From Aquificaceae bacterium (lineage in GTDB: Bacteria; Aquificota; Aquificia; Aquificales; Aquificaceae): a stretch of 32,832 nucleotides of DNA. Each line of letters starts with the position of its first letter. The first letter of the stretch is position 1. The translations under genes and the position numbers were made by a program. Of the stretch, positions 9,306-16,684 are shown one piece after another. Under the pieces are notes generated by a model. The model saw nothing but the letters and a program-made list of their open reading frames with translations. It ran no database searches and was not told the DNA's origin. The stretch lies in the NCBI GenBank assembly GCA_041640635.1, contig JBEPZX010000013.1:1-32832 (forward strand). The letters are read 5' to 3'.

Positions 9306-10445
9306 ATGAGCGTTTTAATGGGAATAGCTACAGCTGAGCTTAAAGCTTCAAAAAGACCAGATATTCTTGTATTAGTTCTCCCAAAAACTTGCCCAGTTTC
9401 CGTGTTATTCACTACAAATCACTTTAAATCTGGAAGCGTTATTTATTCAGAAAGGGCTATAAAAGAGACAGGTGGTTATGCCAGAGCCCTGGTTATAAAC
9501 AGTGGAAATGCCAACTGTGCAATAGGGAAAGATGGCATAATTAATGCAGAGTTAATGGCAAAAAAAACCGCTGAAAATATAGGTATAGACCCCTTGGAAG
9601 TTCTTGTTTTTTCGACTGGAGTAATAGGGAAGCTTATGGACATAGACAAGGTTCTAAGTGCTATAGATCATGCCTTTGAAAACCTGGAAGAGTTAGACCT
9701 CAAATCTGCGTCAGAAGTTATATCTACAACGGATAGTTTTCCTAAATTTGATTTCGTAAAAAATGGACACTTGGAAACCTTTGGTTTTGCTAAGGGTGCG
9801 GGGATGATACACCCCAACATGGCTACTATGCTGTCTTTTGTCTTTACAAATGCCAGTTTAGATACAAACACCTTGCATCGCTTACACTTAGACATTAACG
9901 ATAGAACATTTAATTCTATTAGTGTGGATGGTTGTACAAGTACAAATGACTCTTTTGCTTTAGTAAGTTTGGATTTGATTAAGGAAGATCTAGAAAAGGT
10001 GTCTAATTCTATAGAAAAGGTATCTTTGGACTTAGCTAAAAAAATAGTGAGTGATGGAGAAGGTGCACATCATTTAATAAAAATTAGCGTTAAAAATGCT
10101 AGTATATCTCTAAAGGCAAAAACCATAGCCGAAAAGATAGCAACTTCTTTACTAGTAAAGACAGCTTTATATGGAAACGATCCTAACTGGGGAAGAATAG
10201 TTTCCGCTGCAGGTTCTACACCATTTCCAATAGACCAATTCAATATGAAGGTTTACATAGGACACAGTCTCGTTTACGATGGTAAAGTGCATCCCAAAGC
10301 TGTAGATAATGCAAAGAAATACCTACAAGAGAACAAGGAAATAGAAATAGTGGTAGATTTGCATGAAGGTAAAGAGAGTTGGACTTACTATGCATCCGAC
10401 ATAGGATATGAGTATATAAAACTAAATGCAGAATACACTACTTAG
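9306..10445 (+). CDS. argJ: glutamate N-acetyltransferase / ornithine acetyltransferase ArgJ
   Basis: NSGNAN, STGVIG, KGAGMIHPNMATML (autocleavage Thr), DGCTSTND, DGEGA, DPNWGRI, C-terminal NAEYTT. Confidence 0.98.
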   Translation: MSVLMGIATAELKASKRPDILVLVLPKTCPVSVLFTTNHFKSGSVIYSERAIKETGGYARALVINSGNANCAIGKDGIINAELMAKKTAENIGIDPLEVLVFSTGVIGKLMDIDKVLSAIDHAFENLEELDLKSASEVISTTDSFPKFDFVKNGHLETFGFAKGAGMIHPNMATMLSFVFTNASLDTNTLHRLHLDINDRTFNSISVDGCTSTNDSFALVSLDLIKEDLEKVSNSIEKVSLDLAKKIVSDGEGAHHLIKISVKNASISLKAKTIAEKIATSLLVKTALYGNDPNWGRIVSAAGSTPFPIDQFNMKVYIGHSLVYDGKVHPKAVDNAKKYLQENKEIEIVVDLHEGKESWTYYASDIGYEYIKLNAEYTT

Positions 10446-10605
10446 TTTCTCTATCCTTTTGATACCTTTCGTATAAAGGATTGATAAACTTTTCGTAAAT
10501 ATACTTGGATACAAAAATTATAATTATTAACAAAGGAATGCCTAAAATTATTATGGCTAGCACAAGTTTTAAAAGAAAAAGAATCCAAGGTATAACATCA
10601 CCCAT
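10438..10605 (-). CDS. small 55-aa single-pass membrane protein (not in the ORF track)
   Basis: MGDVIPWILFLLKLVLAIIILGIPLLIIIIFVSKYIYEKFINPLYERYQKDRETK*. Starts 3 nt after the leuS-beta stop and exactly fills the gap to argJ. Confidence 0.7.
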   Translation of the reverse strand: MGDVIPWILFLLKLVLAIIILGIPLLIIIIFVSKYIYEKFINPLYERYQKDRETK

Positions 10606-10608
10606 AGC

Positions 10609-11466
10609 TTACACCACCAAATTTATGAGCTTATTCTTCACATAAATAACTTTCTTAATTTGTTTACCATATATGTAAGGTGCGATTTTTGGGTTTTCAA
10701 TAGCTTTTTGCTTTACTTCTTCTTCTGTGCTATCTAATCCTATAAGTATGGTACCCCTTAATTTACCATTTATCTGCACAGGAATTTCTATCTCCTCCAC
10801 TTTCAGAGCTTCTGGGTCTACTTGCGGAAAGGAACAATAAATCATAGATTTTTCGTTTCCAAGCTGATTCCAAAGTTCTTCACATATGTGAGGTGTTATA
10901 GGATATAGCATAAAAAGCATAATAGTAAAAGTTTCCTTTACAACAGACCAATCTTCTTCTGAAGATGGACTATAATCTTGCAAATAGTTAAAAAGTTCCA
11001 TTATGCTAGCTATGGCAGTATTAAGCGATAAATTTTGCATGTCCCTTTCATACTTTGCAAGCGTTTGGTGTGTTTTTCTTCTTAGTTCCTTTGCTTGAGA
11101 TGAAAGTTTTTCTTTATTAAGAATTGGAGCGTGCTTTATCTTTTCAAAGTTTTGCTGTGCAAAATTCCAAAATCTCTTTAAAAACCTAAAGGCTCCAGTT
11201 ACTCCTTCTTGTGTCCACTCAAAGTCCTTTTCTACAGGACCAGCAAAGAGTATGTAAAGCCTTACTGTATCCGCACCGTATGTTTGTATAACTTCTTCAG
11301 GATCTACAGTGTTTGCTTTGGATTTGGACATTTTAGCAGGTTCACCGTATAAGTTTTCTAGCTTTCTCAGTAATTCTTCATCGTAAATATTTAGTTTTTC
11401 CAGTAGAAACTTAATATTATCCCCAACGGATAGGAAATTTGATTTTAAAAAATCTCCAATTTTCAC
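10609..11466 (-). CDS. leuS: leucyl-tRNA synthetase beta subunit (C-terminal half of a split LeuRS)
   Basis: KMSKSK, YGADTVRLYILF, NTAIA.IMEL, P..PHICEELW, VQINGKLRG; no HIGH motif; GTG start. Confidence 0.95.
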   Translation of the reverse strand: MKIGDFLKSNFLSVGDNIKFLLEKLNIYDEELLRKLENLYGEPAKMSKSKANTVDPEEVIQTYGADTVRLYILFAGPVEKDFEWTQEGVTGAFRFLKRFWNFAQQNFEKIKHAPILNKEKLSSQAKELRRKTHQTLAKYERDMQNLSLNTAIASIMELFNYLQDYSPSSEEDWSVVKETFTIMLFMLYPITPHICEELWNQLGNEKSMIYCSFPQVDPEALKVEEIEIPVQINGKLRGTILIGLDSTEEEVKQKAIENPKIAPYIYGKQIKKVIYVKNKLINLVV

Positions 11467-11482
11467 AGTTTATAATTATAGC
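11467..11482. promoter_or_regulatory. bidirectional leaderless promoter with overlapping -10 elements
   Basis: The 16-nt gap holds TATAATTATA: TATAAT 11471-11476 (+), 6 nt before the moaC ATG, and TATAAT 11475-11480 (-), 8 nt before the leuS GTG. Confidence 0.75.
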
Positions 11483-12247
11483 ATGCAAACGGTAAACGTA
11501 GGTCTAAAGCCTATTACCTTTAGATATGCCAAAGCTTATGGAAAGATAAAACTGAGTCCGGAAACTGTAAAGATAATACTGAACAAAGAGGTTCCTAAAG
11601 GAGACGTCATATCTGCATGTAAGGTAGCAGGTATAATGGCATCGAAAAAAACTTCGGAGATACTTCCTTTTTGCCATCCCATAGGTTTTGATCATGTGGA
11701 AGTGGATGTTAACCTTTTACAAGATGGTATAGAAGTTACATCTTACGTAAGCGGCACAGGGAAGACAGGTTACGAAATGGAAGCTTTGATAGTAGTTTCT
11801 TCTGCATTACTTTGCGTGTATGACATGTGTAAAGGTTTAGATGAAAGCATGGTGATAGAAAGTATAAAGGTTATAGAAAAAGGCGGTGGAAAATCACAAT
11901 GGAGTAAAAACTTAGCCAATGTTAAAGTGTATATCATATCTAAGAATTTAAAAGATCTCATAAGATCCTACTTATCCCATTTAGGAGCTCAAGAAAGCGC
12001 GTCAGAAAATGCGGCAAGTATCATTGTATCAACAGAACAATATTACATTGAGAAACCACTCAAAGGTTTAGAAACTGTAATAAATTCTGAGATTTTCAAG
12101 TTCTCTCCCGCTACACTTAAAGAGGGTATATCCATAGGATACACAAAGGATAAACTAACAATTGTCTTACAACCGAAAGAAGAAGTTATAAAAATTTTCT
12201 TTGAGTCTTTTGGTAATTTACTTGGTAATTATCTGTGTTGTGATTAA
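11483..12247 (+). CDS. moaC: cyclic pyranopterin monophosphate synthase MoaC with degenerate C-terminal MogA/MoaB-like domain
   Basis: KGDV...AGIMASKKT..LPFCHP, TGYEMEAL, YDMCK, KGGGKS, followed by an extension of about 110 aa. Confidence 0.92.
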   Translation: MQTVNVGLKPITFRYAKAYGKIKLSPETVKIILNKEVPKGDVISACKVAGIMASKKTSEILPFCHPIGFDHVEVDVNLLQDGIEVTSYVSGTGKTGYEMEALIVVSSALLCVYDMCKGLDESMVIESIKVIEKGGGKSQWSKNLANVKVYIISKNLKDLIRSYLSHLGAQESASENAASIIVSTEQYYIEKPLKGLETVINSEIFKFSPATLKEGISIGYTKDKLTIVLQPKEEVIKIFFESFGNLLGNYLCCD

Positions 12248-12289
12248 GTTCATAGCCTTTGAGTTTTAATTGTGTTATGTTTATTTATC

Positions 12290-12580
12290 ATGGCAAAGGT
12301 TAAGGTAAACAAAAAGATTTTGGATATACCACCTGGTGTAAGATTTGGAGAGCTGCACCACGAAATAGAGCCAGCTGGTGTAGAGTTTGGTTGTACTGAT
12401 GGACAGTGCGGTGTGTGTATATGCACAGTAAAAAAAGGTCTTGAGTGTTTGTCAGAACCTTCTGAACAGGAAGAAGAAACCCTGTGGAGAATAGGAGAAT
12501 ACGAAGAAAACAGAAGATTAACATGTCAGTTAATAATAGAGAAGGAGGATTGTCAAACGATAGAATTAGAAACAGATTAA
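12290..12580 (+). CDS. [2Fe-2S] ferredoxin
   Basis: FGCTDGQCGVC (C-x4-C-x2-C) and RLTCQ; ATG 12290. Confidence 0.93.
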   Translation: MAKVKVNKKILDIPPGVRFGELHHEIEPAGVEFGCTDGQCGVCICTVKKGLECLSEPSEQEEETLWRIGEYEENRRLTCQLIIEKEDCQTIELETD

Positions 12581-12943
12581 CTATCCTGTAATAATAGCTA
12601 CAGCTATCGAGTAATCCCTTTCGTGGGATAAGGAAATAAGTATACGTTTATCTTTTAAAGCTTTTTTTGCCTCTTCCAGCAGTATATTTACCTGTGCAGG
12701 CAAACCTTCAAACCCTAGAATTTCTATATGAAAAAACCTTAGAATAATGCCATATTCCTGATAAAATGCCTTTATAACTGCTTCTTTGCATGCCCATCGT
12801 GCAGATAGACACTGATACATGTTGGGTTTAGCTTTGCAATAAGCGATTTCCCTTTGTGTATAAACTCTCCTTAAAAACCTATCTCCAAACCTTTCAATAG
12901 CTTTTTTTATCCTTTCATTACTTACAATGTCTATACCTATCAT
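12581..12943 (-). CDS. acpS: holo-[acyl-carrier-protein] synthase
   Basis: GIDIV, RWACKEAVIKA, ISLSHERDYSIA. Confidence 0.97.
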   Translation of the reverse strand: MIGIDIVSNERIKKAIERFGDRFLRRVYTQREIAYCKAKPNMYQCLSARWACKEAVIKAFYQEYGIILRFFHIEILGFEGLPAQVNILLEEAKKALKDKRILISLSHERDYSIAVAIITG

Positions 12944-13524
12944 TAAAGAGAAAGTTTTACAGGTTGACCCCTCTTCATTAAGTCTTCTATAATCTTTACA
13001 GCTTCTTCGAAGGTTGCGACTATGCCCTCAAAACCTTTTTTAAACTTTTGAGCATCTTCCTTTCTGGCAAAGGCTATTACGGGTGGGCTACAGCAAGGTA
13101 TAACTGATGTGCCCAATACATAATAAGCGTTGAAACAACTTATTGGATTCCCTGTTATGAAATCCTTTGTTATACAAGATTGGATTTCATCTTCTTTGAA
13201 GTTTTTATATAAAAGTAAACCACAGTGGGCACAGCAAGCCTTTATTTTTTTATTCTTTGATGTAATGTATACGAATTCTAAGCGCTTGTCTACAACTTTT
13301 TCACAAAAAGTGCAAATATCTCTACTTTCTTCTTGAAGTTCCCCTTCGCTCTTAATTATCAATTCACCATGTTTTCTTAAAAGTCTTCCTTCCTTTTCTA
13401 ACTCTCGTACATCTCTATATATGGTCATAAGGGATACACCGAAGTGATTTGCTAAAGATTTCACATTATTTAAACCACTTTCTATTAGTTTAGGAATTTC
13501 CTCTTTTCTATTTTTCACATCCAT
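12943..13524 (-). CDS. DeoR-type HTH regulator with Cys-rich NosL-like metal-binding domain (YcnK/CutR-like)
   Basis: LANHFGVSLMTIYRDVRELE HTH; CTFC, CCAHCG, DF.TG, AYYV.G, CCSP, FA..EDA.KF..GF.G. Confidence 0.85.
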   Translation of the reverse strand: MDVKNRKEEIPKLIESGLNNVKSLANHFGVSLMTIYRDVRELEKEGRLLRKHGELIIKSEGELQEESRDICTFCEKVVDKRLEFVYITSKNKKIKACCAHCGLLLYKNFKEDEIQSCITKDFITGNPISCFNAYYVLGTSVIPCCSPPVIAFARKEDAQKFKKGFEGIVATFEEAVKIIEDLMKRGQPVKLSL

Positions 13525-13584
13525 TAAAATAAAATTATAGTTTACTTTCTAGATTTGTGATATAATTTAATACCATATTCATTA

Positions 13585-13657
13585 AGGCGCGTAGCTCAGT
13601 TGGGAGAGCGTCGCCCTTACAAGGCGAAGGTCGGCGGTTCGAGTCCGCCCGTGCCTA
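13585..13657 (+). tRNA. tRNA-Val(TAC)
   Basis: Acceptor AGGCGCG/CGTGCCT plus discriminator A; D-arm GCTC/GAGC; anticodon arm TCGCC-CTTACAA-GGCGA; T-arm GGCGG-TTCGAGT-CCGCC. CCA not encoded. Extended -10 TGaTATAAT at 13558-13566. Confidence 0.98.
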
Positions 13658-13672
13658 TTATATTATAATTTA

Positions 13673-15343
13673 ATGGATATTCAAAACCTTCCTGAAAAGA
13701 CAGGTGTTTACATATTCAAAAGGAACAACACTCCCATATACATAGGCAAAGCAAAGAACATAAAAGAAAGGGTCTACCAACACATAAACAACGCTTCAAA
13801 AGATGAAAAGGAAAGATCCATCGTTACGGAAGCAGACGCTATAGACTGGATAATAACAAGAAATGAGTTTGAAGCTCTCACTTTGGAAATTGATCTTATA
13901 CAGTTGCATAAACCTAAATACAATGTGTTACATAAATACGGCGGTGGATATCCTTTGATTTTGATAACTCAAGACACTTTTCCGACCATTAGAGTGGTTA
14001 GAGGTAATGAATATGAAGGGGAAGTGTTTGGTCCTTTTTTTAGCACTTCGAAGGCTCGTAAAGTAAAAAGATTAATTCACAGACTCTTTAAGCTAAGAAC
14101 ATGTGATCCTATGCCAATTAGGGATCTGCCTTGTATGGATTACCACTTGGGACTTTGCAGCGCTCCGTGTGCTGGGTATGTATCTAAGCAAGATTACCAG
14201 CTTTCTGTAGAATCAGCAAAGTCAATGCTATCTGGCCAAGTGGATAAGGTATTACCCAAACTCTACGAGAAACTTGAAAGCTATATGTCTGAAATGAACT
14301 TTGAAAAGTGTGCATATATAAGAGACCAAATATTAGCCCTAGAAAACTTGGCAAAAGGTCAAGCCGTTTCCAACTTAGAAGTAAAAAATGCTGATGTATT
14401 TTACCTTTACGGAAAGTTACTAGGAGTTTTTCTGATAAGGTCTTCCAAGTTGGTAGACAAAAAGGTTTTTAATGTTTACGGGAATGAAGAAGCTCAAGAG
14501 TTTATAATTGGTTTTTATTACTCTAATCCTACACCACAGTTGTTACTAACAAATATGTGTATAGAGGAAAGTATAAAGGAGTGGTTACACAAAAAGGGGT
14601 TAAAGGAAATTAGCCAAGAAATAAAGCCCGATTTAGTAAAGGTATTGGAAGAGAACCTTGGTTTTATATACGACGAAGAAGGGCTTAGAGAGGAGTTTAA
14701 TAAACTTCTTGGGATTGGCTTACCAGAGAGAATAGAAGGATTTGATATATCCCATTTCTATGGGAGCTATACAGTAGGGGCTTGTGTAGTATGGGAAAGA
14801 GGTTTTATGAACAAAAAACTTTACAGGAGATATAGAGTAAAGACCGTAGGTAATATAGATGATTACTTATCTCTCGAAGAAGTTTTGACAAGGAGAGCAA
14901 AAAGATTAAAAAGTGGAGAGGAAAAAACACCAGATATATGGTTAATAGATGGTGGATTAGGACAGCTCAGCATAGCTGTAAAGGTAAGAGATAAGTTTAA
15001 ACTACCCATTAAGGTTTTTGCCTTAGCAAAAAGGGAGGAAACATTAATCACAGAATGGGGTGAAACTTTGAATTTAAAGAAACACCATAAACTCTATAAA
15101 GTCTTTGGACTGATAAGAGATGAAGCTCACAGGTTTGCCTTAAGTTACAACAGAAAGTTAAGGCTTAAGGAAAGTTTAAGGGATGTGTTAGAAAACATTA
15201 AAGGTATAGGTCCTGTCAAAAAAGGTATCATATACAGAAACTTTAGTAATCTATATGAAGTAATGAAAGCGGATGATAAGGAGCTCAAAAGGCTTGGTAT
15301 AGATCCATCTATAAAGCAAGAGATTGAAAAGTACATTTGCTAA
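13673..15343 (+). CDS. uvrC: excinuclease ABC subunit C
   Basis: GVY..YIGKAKN GIY-YIG domain, Cys-rich CMDYHLGLCSAPC, UVR motif, IEGFDISH, LIDGG.GQL, RDEAHRFA, GIGP. Confidence 0.98.
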   Translation: MDIQNLPEKTGVYIFKRNNTPIYIGKAKNIKERVYQHINNASKDEKERSIVTEADAIDWIITRNEFEALTLEIDLIQLHKPKYNVLHKYGGGYPLILITQDTFPTIRVVRGNEYEGEVFGPFFSTSKARKVKRLIHRLFKLRTCDPMPIRDLPCMDYHLGLCSAPCAGYVSKQDYQLSVESAKSMLSGQVDKVLPKLYEKLESYMSEMNFEKCAYIRDQILALENLAKGQAVSNLEVKNADVFYLYGKLLGVFLIRSSKLVDKKVFNVYGNEEAQEFIIGFYYSNPTPQLLLTNMCIEESIKEWLHKKGLKEISQEIKPDLVKVLEENLGFIYDEEGLREEFNKLLGIGLPERIEGFDISHFYGSYTVGACVVWERGFMNKKLYRRYRVKTVGNIDDYLSLEEVLTRRAKRLKSGEEKTPDIWLIDGGLGQLSIAVKVRDKFKLPIKVFALAKREETLITEWGETLNLKKHHKLYKVFGLIRDEAHRFALSYNRKLRLKESLRDVLENIKGIGPVKKGIIYRNFSNLYEVMKADDKELKRLGIDPSIKQEIEKYIC

Positions 15344-15353
15344 AATAAGACAT

Positions 15354-15638
15354 ATGGACGGCATAGTAGCTGATTTGGGTTATGCAGGTTTCGCAGGTTT
15401 TGTTGTGGGTTTTGCAGTGAAGAGGGTCCTGAATATATTCATGATGCTTTTGGGTTTGTATGTCCTATCTCTTCTGTGGTTAGAGAGTAAAGGGGTGTTG
15501 GATATTCATTGGTCAGCTTTTTTAAATATCTTTAAATCTATGTTCGATAGCTTCAACGCTTTTGTGATGGGACTTGTGCGTAAGTTTGCCATATCTGCCT
15601 CTTTCGCTGCTGGTTTTTTCTTAGGTTTTAGAACATAA
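15354..15638 (+). CDS. FUN14-family membrane protein
   Basis: G.AGF.GF.VGFAVK, L...GV..IHW, SFAAGFFLGF. ATG 15354 is preceded by TGcTAAAAT. Confidence 0.85.
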   Translation: MDGIVADLGYAGFAGFVVGFAVKRVLNIFMMLLGLYVLSLLWLESKGVLDIHWSAFLNIFKSMFDSFNAFVMGLVRKFAISASFAAGFFLGFRT

Positions 15639-15645
15639 ATGTTTA

Positions 15646-16125
15646 CTATTGAGATGGATAAAGTATCAACATTACCCTTCCCATTTTGGACCACATAAAG
15701 TCTAATTTTTCTTCTTGAATTTTCTTATTGGCTTCATATCCAGTGTGAACTACAAAGTAATCTTTATTGTAACCTGTTACGACCATATAATGAGGAATAG
15801 ATACGAAGAATTTGCCAAGATCCACTAAAATTATTACGGGAATGTTTCTATCTATGTACTTTTTTATCTCTAGCGTGGAACCTTGGATAAGACTAGTCTT
15901 AAATCCTAAACTCTCTGCATACTTTTGTAAATCTGTAATCAATGCCCCTTTTAGTTTAGGAGAATAGACAACCCTTGCTATTTCTTCTTGATCCACCTTC
16001 TTTCCATAGTATCCAAAAACAGCACTTAAACTTGCAGGTCCACAAAAATCACTTTTTTGCTCAACAAAGGGAACATTTAAAAAAGAAAAAAGGAAAGGAA
16101 GGGAAAGCGTCAAATATAGGATCAT
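15646..16125 (-). CDS. stand-alone C39-family cysteine peptidase (PA2778-like)
   Basis: VPF..Q....CGPASL, PVIILVDLG, PHYMVVTGY; hydrophobic N-terminus; ATGA overlap with the upstream gene. Confidence 0.88.
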   Translation of the reverse strand: MILYLTLSLPFLFSFLNVPFVEQKSDFCGPASLSAVFGYYGKKVDQEEIARVVYSPKLKGALITDLQKYAESLGFKTSLIQGSTLEIKKYIDRNIPVIILVDLGKFFVSIPHYMVVTGYNKDYFVVHTGYEANKKIQEEKLDFMWSKMGRVMLILYPSQ

Positions 16126-16505
16126 CTTATAATGATTTCTTTGTTAAGTAATTTAAGAAGTATGACGACTAAGATTAGGATTACCAGTAGTGCTACTACT
16201 ACACCTAATGCATCACCGCCTGCTAGCACTTTTTCTGATGCTTTTGCTAGTACGTGTACTTGCTCATCATCAAGCTCTGAAAGTTTTTTCTCTATTTCCT
16301 CTTTGGTTAGTCCATATGCTTTTAGTTTCTCCTGTACCATTTTGTTCTCTAGTGCTCTTTGAATTTTGCTTAACTCTAACTCTCTTTGGGATAGAATTTC
16401 TTGAGTAGCTGGTTTAGATTCTACTAGACCCGCAAAAGCAGGGATAGAGTTATAGACAAAAAACCAAACAAAAACAGCAAGTGCTATAAATGGTTTTCTT
16501 AGCAT
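16122..16505 (-). CDS. PA2779-family exported protein with Gly-Gly motif and C-terminal hydrophobic tail
   Basis: Signal peptide ending AFA, helical core, L.DEQV..LA......AGG, then a hydrophobic tail. GGAGGT SD before ATG 16505. Confidence 0.85.
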   Translation of the reverse strand: MLRKPFIALAVFVWFFVYNSIPAFAGLVESKPATQEILSQRELELSKIQRALENKMVQEKLKAYGLTKEEIEKKLSELDDEQVHVLAKASEKVLAGGDALGVVVALLVILILVVILLKLLNKEIIIR

Positions 16506-16543
16506 TTCATTACCTCCCAAGTGTACTAAAAATTATGGATAGT

Positions 16544-16573
16544 ATTATATACCCTTATATATATATCATTCAA
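16544..16573 (-). promoter_or_regulatory. sigma70-type promoter of the PA2779/C39 operon
   Basis: TTGAAT (16568-16573), 18 nt spacer, TATAAT (16544-16549) on the minus strand. Confidence 0.55.
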
Positions 16574-16684
16574 GAGTATAAAAATTTTATAAATATGATA
16601 GTGATTTTTCAGAACACGATTCAAAAGCCAAAGTTTGTAATACCATTATCTGTACCTGTTTCCTATTAAGATTTAAGGGTGAAT

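Noticed and set aside
10609..11466. leuS as a truncated pseudogene
   Set aside because: Intact frame, own promoter, and matches the known alpha/beta split of Aquificaceae LeuRS.
13457..13520. TTTCACAT copies in the YcnK-like gene as an autoregulatory operator
   Set aside because: Not tandem, lie in coding sequence, and are expected by chance in AT-rich DNA.
13585..13680. tRNA-Val as an integration site
   Set aside because: No integrase and no duplicated tRNA 3' end seen in the window.
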